From NCBI GenBank assembly GCA_047495785.1, contig JBLDXI010000029.1, positions 3,472,001 through 3,536,000 on the forward strand: a stretch of 64,000 nucleotides of DNA. Direction: 5' to 3'. The notes below the pieces were generated by a model that was not told where the DNA came from, did not search any database, and saw only the letters and a list, made by a program, of their open reading frames with translations. The stretch's first letter is position 1; the number at the start of each line of letters is the position of its first letter. The position numbers were made by a program, and so were the translations under genes. The DNA comes from Lepidodermella squamata. Its lineage: Eukaryota > Animalia > Gastrotricha. Positions 1-12,330 of the stretch are shown in pieces.

Positions 1-1635
1 GCGATTCAAGAATTATTTCAAAGGGGGGCGCTAAATTAATAATTCCAGACAGGTATTCATCGAGATTGATCGGCTTCGAGAGTCTGAAAGAAAACTTTCG
101 CAAGATGGATACGAAGAACAGGAAATATTCGACCCGAGCTAGCCCTTCGCCCAGGCAGATTCTAGGCCCTGTGCCGAATGGCATGAAATGCGATGAATGA
201 CCCAGCAATTTGCCGGTGCTTTCATCGATCCAGCGTTCTGGAATAAACGCGTCTGGACTTTGCCAGTATCTCGGGTCGTGATGAACCCCTGCAACGTTGT
301 AGACGACCGCCGAATTCGGAGGCACGTCATAACCGGCGATTTTGGCGTGGCTGTCGAGGTTTGAGTGGTACAGAGCAAGCGGGGCGATGCTAACCTTACG
401 CAAAATTTCGCACATTACAGCATCCAGGTAGGGCAAATGAGGCCGATCAGCCACGCTAGGTTGCCTATCAGTGTCGTAGAATTCATCAACGCTGTCGTGA
501 CATTTCTTCTGGAATTCTGGATAAGTTGACAGGTGAAGAAGGGTCCAACTCAGCGCCGTTGCCGTAGTCTCAGTACCAGCGATAAACATGTCAACCATGA
601 CGAACGTGAAATCACGAATAGACAACTTTTCGTTCGGATCGTTCTCCATTTGGATGAATAGATCTGGAAAATCGCGTATGTTCTCCGCGTTGTAGTCAGC
701 CCTGTGGTCTTCGATGGCTTGGATCAGCATCTTCTCAACGTATTCGACTATTTCCAAATGACTAATTGTCTGTGATCGAGATTGGTATTGGAAACCTTTA
801 AAATGTAAATCATATTACTCATACCTCACGCGGTATTTTAAAATGGGCCAGTATTGGGAAAGCAAAAAACTTTTTCCTCTCGCCGGTAACATTGCGCAGT
901 GTTGCAGCAATATTGTGTAGCATTTTTTGAAAAACTGGATCACCGTACTCGAATCTGTTCAATAAGGTATTAATAACGCATCCACAGAGGTTCATCAAAG
1001 TAGCAGGTCACCTTTTGCCGAATACAAATTCGCAAATAACATTTGAAACAGCATTAGCGATAAGCTCTCGCGGGTCGAAAGGCTCGGTGGCATGCTTCGA
1101 CATTTCATCTATGAGCTGCTCGACTTCGAACAAAATTTTGCCCACCATCACATCCTTGCCCATTCCTAATAATAAAGAAGCAGTTTGAATTTCGACACCA
1201 TACAAATAATTTTGAATTACCGAAATCTCTCATGGCTTTCAGGCCGAAACGGCGGTGCTTTCGCCATTTATCATTACTGGTCGTGAGAATTCCATTGAGC
1301 AGCGGCCCGTATGACGGCATTTACTCTGTAGCTCTCCCGCTGAAAGTTTTCGACTGGTTTACGATAGCGTCGCGAATCAATTCGACATCGTTGAGAATGA
1401 TAACGCGAAATTGGCCCAAGTAGAACGTGCTTATTGGGCCGTACTGTTCGCCGAGGTCGCGGAAAAATTGCCAGATTTTCTTCGACTTTGGATTAGTCGC
1501 GTCAGGCATAAGCAAAGCATTGCCGAGGAAAGGCGCTGGTGTCGGGCCTGGAGGTAACTTGAACCTCTTGTCCAGAAAATATCGATAAGAGCCGTAAAGT
1601 ACAGCGGCGCTGGGAATTAGTGCCAAATACAGCAT
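1..1635 (-). pseudogene. Cytochrome P450, CYP2 clan; one in-frame TAA (pseudogene, null allele or sequence error); runs off the window edge
   Basis: N-terminal anchor + PPGPTPAPFLGN, WxxxRRF, AGTETT I-helix, EILR, PERW and the heme motif PFGTGPRICLG across GT-AG exons. TAA at 1321-1323 is in frame between FSGRATE and MPSYGPLLNGI. Confidence 0.88.
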
Positions 1636-2353
1636 TTTTTTCTTTCAAAATTATAATAGAGGTGGAGTTGTTTTTGCTTGTTCTATAGTAGATGATGTTA
1701 TTGTCAAAAAAACAGGATTTGTTACTGTCAACCTGTCTAAAGCATCCATTTGCATTGACGGCAATTGTCAATACATTTTTTTTACCTGAGCAAAAAAACT
1801 GGGTTTTTTCCTGTTCATGTTTTTTTCATCACGTATTTTGAACATTAGACGAACTACAGGCTTTGTAGCGCCCATTGCATTTACTCGAAAAAAATAACGA
1901 GCAAATAATAAAGAAATTTCATGTTAAAATAGCTGTGCCACCTTGGCCAATATTTAACGCGTAAAGGCACGGTGCATAGTCCAAAGATGAACATAAATTC
2001 CTCTCAATTGGAAAAACACTTCACTTCTGTGACGAGGCGCAATGAAATCACTATCTACTGAACTGTTTAGACCTTCTACAATATTTGCTAACTGTTGAAA
2101 ACAATTTGCAATAAAATGAGTATGAGAACAATTGAACTCGCAACATATACATCTTTAGCTGTTTGACGATGGTCGAGTCTACGTTTGGCGTGGGAAAGGT
2201 GAGCGGTTCCACCCCGAGTGCGCCATCCCCAAGTCCAATGCTCAAACTTCTATAATGGGGCGGGGTGCAATAGCAGCCGGTGGCCCTCTGCAAATACTGA
2301 AAGCCCACTCTCGACGCAGCTGACATCGAACAGTACACCCTCCTAGGACGATT

Positions 2354-2658
2354 TTCCAGCAGGATAACGCCGCTATTCACAGGGCGAAAGATGTGGCTGG
2401 AAAAGTGGCTGGACGAAAAGAACATCAATTTGCTGGCAAGTATAGCCCTGACCTTAGTCTAATCGAGAATGTTTGGTCCATTATCAAGAATCGAATCCGA
2501 AATACCGTTCCTCTACCTGCTAACGAAGAGCAATTGTGGGCTGTCTTCGAAGACGTCTGGGCGTCCCTCCCAACCATTTTTTTTTAAAACTTGTACGCCT
2601 CTATGCCCAAGCGGCTGAGGATGGATATTAAGGCTAAAGGGTTTCCTATCAACTACTA
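2354..2658 (+). mobile_element. Degenerate Tc1/mariner transposase C-terminal fragment
   Basis: FQQDNAAIH, SPDLSLIENVW and LYASMPKRL..IKAKG motifs, with frameshift and stop. Confidence 0.85.
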
Positions 2659-2829
2659 ACACTTCTACTAATCAACTGAAACACATTTGACGTCATACCT
2701 TGTTTGATTCACAATAAAACTTGAGAACTATATTTTTCAGCACATTCCAGTTTTTGAAAACCCTGAACTGTAAGATATCGTTGACAAAGTTTATGCTAAA
2801 TGAATTATTGCCAATTGCCATGTATTGTT

Positions 2830-3246
2830 TACCGTAATTTTCAGTATAAAGGCCGCTACCCGAATAAAGGCCGCACCGGAATAATCGCCGAAAAATCACC
2901 CTTAAACCTAACTTTAGGTGTTAATAAAGGCCGCACTCGTTTAATCACCGCATGAAGCGATTAGCTCTCAACGATATTAAGCCACCCGCTGATACCCTTG
3001 TTAGACTCTAGACACCCTCTCAAGTATTCTAGCAGATTAAATTCACCTTGAGTGAGTCGGAAAGTGACTTGATAACATGCAATCCCTGTTTAGTGTGTAC
3101 ACCTGCAAGCTATTTTTAGGGGAAATACCATGTTACCTATTAAAATCAAAGCTTAGGAAAAATAAAGACCGCACCCGATTAATCGCCGCATTTCTGGAAA
3201 AACACGAAAATCACTCGCCGCGGTCTTTATACTGAAATTTACAGTA
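2830..3246. mobile_element. MITE, Tc1/mariner (pogo-like) type
   Basis: ~27-bp TIRs taccgtaattttcagtataaaggccgc / gcggtctttatactgaaatttacagta, TA at both ends, internal subterminal repeats. Confidence 0.8.
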
Positions 3247-3595
3247 TTTATTAATCATTTGCTAAAATTGCACTTGCCAGACAGCGTACAACATACATCA
3301 TTGCCTTCGGTATTGTCTGCCAAATCGGCACGAAGTTTTTGTTATGAAAGATCACCAGGAACGTACATTTGCCGAAAAAGAGAGTTTATAAGACAGATAA
3401 GGAATATCATGAATTCTGTATGATAAGATAGCACATTCTACATAACATACTTGCATTTTTTGCGCTATAGTTTTTCTTTTACTCAAAATGGCCGCAATTC
3501 GTCCCGGGTATGCAGCTTCAAATTCTGTAGTTGATTCACTGCCCGCCACTCCCGATGATTTGAGATTTGTTGGTCAACGTGAGTTTGACCTAATA

Positions 3596-3943
3596 ATGGC
3601 CAGCAATTCCAACGAAACCAACCAAAACCAGGGCCGTAAAAGCAACGCAGAAGATTCTGACGCCTTAGCACCTATGACTTCTGAAGTTGCTGATGTCACT
3701 GGTGGTGGTAACACAGCACCAGTTGCAGCTGTGGCTCTAATCGCAATCGGCGTCATAGGACTCTCGGCTGCATTCGAATCAGTTGCCAAATCGAAAGAAA
3801 AAGCTGCTCAGATGGCAGTTCAGTTATCTGCCGAGACAGCGGCAAAGAATGCATGGAAGGTTACCAGTGCGGTTGTCGGCATTGGTAGCTGGGGAGTAGC
3901 TGCTGCTGCTGCTTACGTCATCCAGTCTGTCTTTAATGGTTGA
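3596..3943 (+). CDS. Small predicted two-TM membrane protein, unknown function (ORF open from 3488)
   Basis: Polar N-terminus followed by two Ala/Gly/Val-rich hydrophobic segments; no family recognised. Confidence 0.45.
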   Translation: MASNSNETNQNQGRKSNAEDSDALAPMTSEVADVTGGGNTAPVAAVALIAIGVIGLSAAFESVAKSKEKAAQMAVQLSAETAAKNAWKVTSAVVGIGSWGVAAAAAYVIQSVFNG

Positions 3944-4690
3944 TGACTTTACATCAAGTCGAATCAAAACAGCATTTTCCCACGGCCGATTTCAGACACC
4001 TTATTATCAGTTGATTTGAGAGCTCCTAACGTTTGAACTAAAAATCATTAAACTATGGTGATTTCCTATATATTGAATAGTTTTTTAGTTTCCATGGAGT
4101 TTGAATGGTTCTGAGTAGGATCCTCGGAGGGGGGGGGGGGGTATGTTGGGCATGTATAACCATATTCAAGAGATGCCGTGAGAAATGACGATGCATGGCT
4201 CGTCCATGTCTCACGCTATATGATTTAATGCAAAAGAAGTTGGACATTTTGGCCGACAATGAAAATGACGACGACTGCGTTATGACATAGGAACCAGTAT
4301 CACACATTGTACTTTGTAAGAATATTAAACTGGTTTCTATGAGAGGTCGGATAAATTGAATTGGATCTTAAATTCAGTTTGGCTTTTTGTTGAATCAAAT
4401 TGTGTGATCCTATCACTAGAGTCGCATTGTGTTGGAGTACCGAGAATGGAGAATTTATTTACAAAAATTCTCAAAAGCTGACCTATTGCATTAAAATTAA
4501 TCAATCATGAAATAACGGTTCACAGTCAGTTTCAAATTCTTTTTGTTGGTGAAAAGATGAGAGAGTAACTCAAACGTGCTATAAGCTGTGAAAACGAATA
4601 ACTAGGTGAATTGCGAAACTTGTAACTAGTAAAATGCATTCAAGTTATCATACTCAATCAATTGAATTTCAAATTTAAACGTTTTCAGTT

Positions 4691-6653
4691 TTAATTCCGA
4701 TCAAAATTAAAGATGCGCCATCGTATGTCGCCGCCGTTGTATAACCACTGATGCCATACATATTCCTGAAAAATTAACACAAATTTGTAACATGAAACAT
4801 GAATTAATCGAAAATGCTGAAATTTACGCTGCTGTACAGGTGAAGCATAATTGATTTGTTTGTTGACCGCTCGTCATCCAGCTGCCGCCGCCGTATGTAA
4901 CCGATCCAGCTGGTCTATCAGCAGTTATGAATCTCGTATAAAATGCATTGTTTCCGCTAGTTACGCCTGGCTCTAGAAAAGGCGTAGCGGCATATAAAGA
5001 GTCCGGCGTATATATCCTGTAGCCATTCTCCTCCGAGTCAATTAACGACCATTGAAAGGAAAAGCCTCCCATTCGTCCCTGCGAGAATTCCATCTGAAGC
5101 ATCGTATTCAAATAGCAAGCCCTGGGTAAAAACGCCTGGCCGAAGGTTGGGTTCAGAGTGATCTCGGCCGTCAGATTGCTCCCGCCAGTTCGCGCCCATC
5201 TTCTCGTGCCCAATGAAAATGGGGGCTGATAGGCTTCTTGGACGCGTTGTTCCGCAGTTAGGTATATGTATTTCCTGGATCCGATGTAGTTGCAGCCACA
5301 TGTGACGACGAAGTTCGATCCAGGATCCTGGCAAAGGCACGTTGATCGTCTTGCCAGTTTGAGCTTTCGGAACAAAGTTAATTTCATCGATGGGAAGAAT
5401 AAAGTAGGACCTTTCACACCAGTCATCAGCAATTCAAATCTAAGGACTCTCTTTTGGCAAATTTCAATATGGGAAATTCGAGAAAATTACTGAAATTTTC
5501 AATCAGAGCAAGATTTAAACGAGAATAATCAAAATTATCTTACAACGCCTTGCCGATAACGAAGTCTTACACAGTACGCCATAAGCACGTCGACATTCCG
5601 CATCACAAGGTAGTCAGTCGTATCATTCAGTTTATCCAGGTACGCACACACTCTGGGCGACGACGGGTCTATTAGGTGAAATTCATCGGTCATGCGACGG
5701 GCCCATTCGAGGCCGACCCAAACAGTTGAATTTGACGGGGAACGGAAACCTGGATTCAACAAGCAATATTACTTCCATGATACTTCACAATTTTCTAAAA
5801 ATTCACCCCATTTGTACTCATAGTAACTTTTGTTCGCATAGTTTATATCAGCTAGTCCTGATGGTAAAATATTTTGAAAAATTGAAAAAAATCTAACTGT
5901 TCCTTACTGGATCGCCGATGAAATACCATCACCACTAGATTCAATTGCGAGTTTATTAGTAATTATATCTTGACTGAGGTAACTAACATGTTGGATAGGG
6001 TTTCACAGGTCTGCCTCCACAGGTCGTGTTGCATACGGCTGCTGGCACATTGATGCATTCAGCCTGGAACTGTCTGCCGCCAATATCGTCTTGGAACGTG
6101 TACATACCCGGCCCGAGTCCAAGAGCATCCACCAGAGTGCAGTCTATCGAATAAGCAATAAATCGCACTTTGGGTGGAATAGAGCAAATGAGCATACCTT
6201 GGTAAACGCCTTTCTTGCATATGGGCACTTCGCCGTATGTTTCCTTAGTAAATCAAAAACTCAGAACTGATAAAATGACGTAATGGGCTCCTACCAAATG
6301 GTAATAGTACCAGCCTCGCGCGGCTTCCAAGCCCTCCCACAACTCGTTTGTATGGCCAACGTTGAGCCAGCACTCTTTTGAAGTTGGGTTATACGAAACC
6401 GATCGACATTTGAACGCTCCGGCTGCGATGCAAGCTTCGAAGCAACCACTGATTGCGACATTGTTCAGGGTCTGGAATCGATCAGAGGCAATTAGGCGGA
6501 AATTACGACCACAATTCGCGGGAGAATAGAATCGGGGCTGCCCTGAAAGTAATATTTTCAGAATAATTGGGCTGAAGAATAAACTTTTTCTGTTATTTCA
6601 CCTTGAGAAGCTACAAAATTCATAAAATTTATCAAAATCAGAAATTCGAACAT
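4691..6653 (-). CDS. Secreted multi-exon protein with a PAN/Apple domain and lectin-like Cys-rich modules
   Basis: Signal peptide MFEFLILINFMNFVASQ; PAN pattern C..AC......CRSVSY.....CWLN (6543-6300); later WVGL motif; GT-AG introns. Internal exon boundaries are approximate. Confidence 0.7.
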
Positions 6654-6974
6654 TTTCGCAGCCATGTGGATTCGCAAAAAAATTATTTAATGATTTAACG
6701 CCCAATTTATTAAGACGCAGTCAGAATTGATTAAGATCTGCTGACTGCGCTGTCAGTTTATTTGTTTTGATTAGCTGTTTTAGTGATAAACGAAAAATTT
6801 TCCTTTTCTTACATAGAAAAAAGACACGCACAGCATTTTTTTTATAACATAAACATGTATTGAGTGAAAGATTGATTGATAGCTGGTTGTTGCACCAACT
6901 GCTATCCGTAGGGCTTCTCAAACTTAGTTAGGTTCTTTCACGGAAAAATTTCAGACAATGAGAAGCCGTGTTGT

Positions 6975-7130
6975 CAGTGGGCCCGAAGTAGGATCCTCGA
7001 ACTAGGGGGTATTTTCGGACCGAAATTTCATGTCAAAAGGGTCCCCTCTGTGGTTTCTTTGCGGTTTTTCGGCTTTGGCCTTGCGAACTGGGGGTACGAT
7101 ACCCCCCATTCCCCCGTACTTCGCGCACTG
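6975..7130. mobile_element. hAT-like MITE (156 bp)
   Basis: Imperfect TIRs cagtgggcccgaagta / tacttcgcgcactg; 8-bp TSD cgtgttgt / cctgttgt. Confidence 0.7.
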
Positions 7131-7403
7131 CCTGTTGTAATATCTTACACTGTGGAAGCTAAATTGAAGCCGCAGATCATTTGGAAATTGGTAATCTCTA
7201 ACAAACTAGTTGTAAGCGATTGAGTCGATTGGTTTCGTGATCTTAACATACAGATACACGACCGTGTCTCTTCTTGCAAGGAGACGAAAATCTAAGTAGC
7301 TCCGTTCCACCTCCGCAGTGAATTATTTTATTACTAATTCACTAATTCGGGTTCATTTAATAAAATGTCATCATCAATGAAGTAGCCCGTGGCATCTTTC
7401 GAT

Positions 7404-10390
7404 CTAACCGCTGTTCATGATCGATTGATAGGCGTTATGAAGGAGTATGACAACATACAACAATCCTGTTGCGATCGACACGGAAGCCACGAGTGTCGAC
7501 AAAGCTTGGCCGTTTTTATTCAGCAAGACCGCAATCAGGATGGTTGCCGCGAATATTGTCACCTCGACGTAGACGAAATGGCCCCAGATCTTGTAACTAC
7601 TGAACCCATGACCTCTCTTTGACGTGCTGACTCTCCTCGCCCTCCCGATTTGCCATGACCTCTCTTCCTTCAACAACATTTTAAGCGATGACTTATAGGT
7701 GGCCACCAAACAGAGAACCTTCAGCTTCGCGACTATGAAAACTGAAACACCTGTCCCCAGCAACGCCATGGAAGCTCCGGATCTACCTATCGAGTTGAAA
7801 ACATCACATTCAAGCCGAGTGAACTGAAACAGCAAGCTCTCGTCGGTATCAGAAATATCGCTTCCTGCACTGACCGATCGTAACATAATCGGGGCGATAG
7901 TGATTGAAGCGATTAGAGTTGTAACAGAGATAACAGTTAGTAGAATCCACGTAAGGTCAAGCTTTTCCATGATTCTTGCATGACGTGTCTTCGTATCACA
8001 GAGCGTTGTTTTCATTAAGGTTTCAAGTTTCGCTTTCAACTGAAATCGATGCTCCTCGATGGTTGTATTGATGCTTTGGAATAGCAGCAAACAACCGGCT
8101 GTTACAGCATTCCAGCCACAGCAAACCAGGACGGTCATACTCGAGCATATTGCAGCCGAATTCGAGGAATTTACCAAGAAAATGTGTGTGACTAGGAAAG
8201 AGCATCCAGCTATCGTCAAGGCATATGCCTTCCATAGTTTCCTTCGGAGAGCAATTGTCACAGCTAGCACGATCAGTAGCGCTGCGTCAAGACCTGGAAA
8301 AGACAATATTTAGCCTGCATTACTTTATGGTTTAGTATAACATACCATAAACAATTATCATAGCAGAGATTGGTAATATTGAGATATAGAACTCTTGTAT
8401 CCTAACCTCGTCCTTCGGGGCAGTCTTTAGCCGAGTCCTCCAAACGAGCTTTTCGTAATAAATGACAAGAGGATCGAGAGGTGATCGATTCGACTTGTAA
8501 TAGCCCACCATCTTCATATGACTCGATTTTGAGGTTTCATTGATCCTAAGCTGAGAGAAAACTATCGGCATGCTCCCAGATGACCAGGAATTTTGACGAC
8601 TAAAAGAATACTCGCCCTTCAAGCCAGTCATATTCAAAGCATATATTTGATCACGAATTATATTTAGGATTTTTCCAGGATTTTCTCGGAATTTTTCCGT
8701 ATTGGTGAACCAGTCGGATAATGTCATGCTGTAATCTGAAATTAATTCATGAATGGCATATTTCGAGAGCAAAAACTTACTTCGATTGAGTTCCGTTTCA
8801 ATTCCGTTTAAAATCAATCCAATAGCGATGTACTTATCGTAAATTGCGGGGATCCAATAAGCAAACCCGTTTAAGTGTTCTGTGTTTTCGATCCTATTCG
8901 CCAATTTTTCGTAAAGACCGGCCAGGGTTAGTCCAGTCACATCCTGATGCTTTGGCCCATAGATGTCCGAGAGGGGTGCATCTCCAACGTATATTCCTCC
9001 TCTGAGAACGTCTAGTACCATGTTTTTCGTACACCAATCAGTCCGAATTGGGTCATTTTCGTCGAAATAATTCCACGTGAATATGAAGAGAACGTAATTA
9101 GGGCCGTACAGACCGAACTTGTGTAGATAGCACGCGACAGTAATGCTGTCGATAGCTAGTGATAGAATGATTCGAGGCTCTCGTTTCCTCAGCTCAGAAA
9201 AGGCCGACTCCAACTCATAGGAATCGGTTGTTAAGTACCTTAGTTTTGTCATGAAAGCCAGAGAGATGTTACGCTGATCTAGGTTGTTAATTAGCGAAGG
9301 TTCGAGCTACAAGGTTGAAGAGTATAGAGTTTCGCTAATTATCAGGTTTTTATGGATATATTTCTCAGAACTTTCAGAAAAATCCTGAAAACGATTGAAG
9401 TTCAAAGTCTATCCCGCATCCTATCACATTTTCAATATTTATCAGGGTTTATCAGGAATATTAAAAAACCAGTGGGTGAGGCACAGAGGGTACAGGGGGT
9501 CCGAGCTCGAGAGGTCAAGGCAAGAAACCCCGAAAAACCACAGGGGGACCCTTTGGTCCTATAAACTCGGAACTCAGGGTCAAAAATACCCAAAAATACC
9601 CAGCTCGAGTCCCACTTCATACACTGCAGAATGCCTACAGTGTTCTCTATTTATAATTTCTTCCATTATTTTCCCAATACATGGGCTGAAACTAGAATTC
9701 ATGAGGGTCACTTATCTTTATCTCAACAATAGAAACTCACAATGTTGTTGTAACTGTAGCTGTCGCTGATGACTGAAATCCGCTTCCAGCCCATCTTCGC
9801 AACGAATTCAGCTAACGCGATGAAGTAGTAATCTGGCCGCTCCCCGATGGCGAACGAATATCTGTCAGCTTTTCGATTTTTGAAAAAAGCAATGTCACCC
9901 GAAAAGGCGGATAATCCAACATAATTATACTGATGAATGATGACAGATGCAAGTTTTTGCCCGACTGGCGAGCAATCGGTTGAGGCGATCAGAGGAAACC
10001 TCGGCTTTGTCTGATATAACTTCTCTATCAATCCTTTCGTAACTTTGACTTCATCGCACTGAAATATCAAAATGGACAAATTCAAATCTTGAAACCTTAG
10101 GATGGATAACTTACATCATCTTGAACCATCTCAAATACGAGGTCGTATTCTGTCAACCAGTTTGGAAGGCCTCTGAGTTGCTCTAAAGCAATCTGAGCTG
10201 TCATTGTAGCTGCTGGTCCTAAATTGAACAAGCCATCGTACAAGGTGAGAGCTAAGACGTTGATACTCCGTCTTGTCGAATTCGATGATGAGTTCAACAT
10301 CACATACTCTTGCAAAGGCGCATCTGGTTTTATTTTGCTTTCAACCGGTAGTGTAATGACGCATAACCCTAGCATGAAGTGAGATAGCAT
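7404..10390 (-). CDS. Class C GPCR, GABA-B-like (Venus flytrap + 7TM), copy 1
   Basis: Signal peptide; flytrap motifs (MGWKRIS, PRII, CYLHKFGLYGPNYV, GLKGEYSF); seven hydrophobic segments with TM3 and ECL2 cysteines; multi-exon. Confidence 0.85.
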
Positions 10391-12330
10391 TTTATTTAGG
10401 CGTGAATAATCTCGCCTGGGCTAATACTGACTAGATCAAAGGGATACGTGTCATTTCTCCACGTTGAGAATGCGAAATCAATAGCTTTGATTCTCGAATT
10501 AACGCCATTCTGAGCTATTTTAATTGGCTGGTGACCGAAATAGGAAGAGAGGCAGGCTCAGAGATATTCTCAGATTGCGGAGCTTCGCAGTTTCTTACTT
10601 GTTACTTTGTGAAAGCCTCATTATGCTTTCTTCACCTGATGAAAGCTAGAATCTCAAGTATTCAAATCGTTTCTTGGCATAGTGCATTTACTGGGGGGGT
10701 TCAATATTCGAAAATTGGTTTTTTACTAGTAATGACTCATCGTAAACTTCGAGTCTCAAGATTTATGAAATTGTCTGATGGTTTCTAATTGTTCAATGCT
10801 TGGAATCCCTGAGCGACAATTTCGGGCTTTTTAACTGCCTAGATCAAAAAAACTAAATATGCAAATTAGCGAGAGTTTTTCTGTTGGCAGTATTCTGTCA
10901 AAAGTCTAGTTTTTTGCCGAGCTGGACAGTTTTCTGGGTGGTTTTCTGCGGTGAGAGTTTTTGTGGTGAGAGATGGTTTCTACTGCGCAGTCACTTGCTC
11001 GTTGCTAATTTCACTAGAACTTTCACTCAGGGCCATTTGTACTTCGCATTCACTATTAAAAATGCGGCTTTCACTCTGTTTCAAAAAAGACAGTTTTACC
11101 CTTCACGCAAATCCGTCGATGCAAGTATCATTTTATTCATCAAAACTGATCAATAAAAGAAAATTGAAAAATTGTCAAGTTAATAGTGAATGATATTTCA
11201 CGAGACGCTCGAACAACGGCTGTGACTGATGCAGAAACCGCCACTGGAGCAGGCCCGATAACCTGTAGATTATAATTGAAATTAATAATTGAAATTAATT
11301 GAACACTGAAATACCTTGTTAATTATTCATCGATACCGTTACGAATTGCTGACCGGCCCGTTAAGACTGGTTCGACTGCAAATTCGATTCGCAGGACAAA
11401 CCTTCAAAAGTTGCGGGTAAATTAAAGAAAACGGAATTAATTTCAAAATTACCTTGAAAATTGGATAAATATCTGACTCGTCCAAATTGCATGGTCGACA
11501 CACCTGGTAGCAAGGCAACGATGAAGCTCAGAATGCGAAATTGAGGCCGGACGAAAAATTCTTACTAAATAGGACATAGGGATGGATGTTTTGGAATTGA
11601 AAACAAAAATATGATGATTTGAAGGAACCAAAAAGCCATATTTTTGAAGCATGGCGTGATTACGCAACACCCCGAGGCCTGTGTGCACAACAATCGAGCG
11701 CCCCAATAACAATGATTTTGCCCTATTTCAGCTTTTATTTAGAGCGACAATTTTCAGTCATTAAAAATTTGGCTTTTAAGCAAAATCCAAATTATCGAAT
11801 TTTGCTGTCATTCTTATATTTTAGATGGTTCAGGCTGCAAAAAATAAAAATTCGGTAATTTTTAGGATCCAGGTAAATAATTAGGAAAAATTAGGTAAAA
11901 TCGAGAAAAACGAGAAATTTCATGATAAATAAAAACAGATTGATTCGGATAGGTAGAAGGCAGTTTTCGAGCCAGGGAATTTTCGGCAAAAAACTAGAGG
12001 CCGAGGCATCGAATTTCGTTCACTTTCGTTCACTATTTCTGACTTCGCAGTGAAAATAAAGAAAAATCGAAAGTTTTTAACGGCGGCGAAGAAATATTTT
12101 ACCTGGCAGTTAACTTCGGGTCGCAAAATGCCGAATTTCCCAAGTTTCATGAACAACTGTCAATTTCGCGAAGTTACTGCGGTTTCCAGCTTTTAACTTC
12201 CAGTTTTTTCCAAAAACTGCAGTAAGTTTTGAAAAAAGATGAAAAATGGCAGTAAACGGCGTTTTCAGGCAGTTTCTTGCAATTCCCACTGGAACTTGGC
12301 AGTATTTCGCAAAAAACGTGCACTTGCTGC

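Noticed and set aside
11150-11712. Possible small spliced gene on the minus strand
   Set aside because: Splice-like signals are present, but I could not build a convincing frame or recognise a product.
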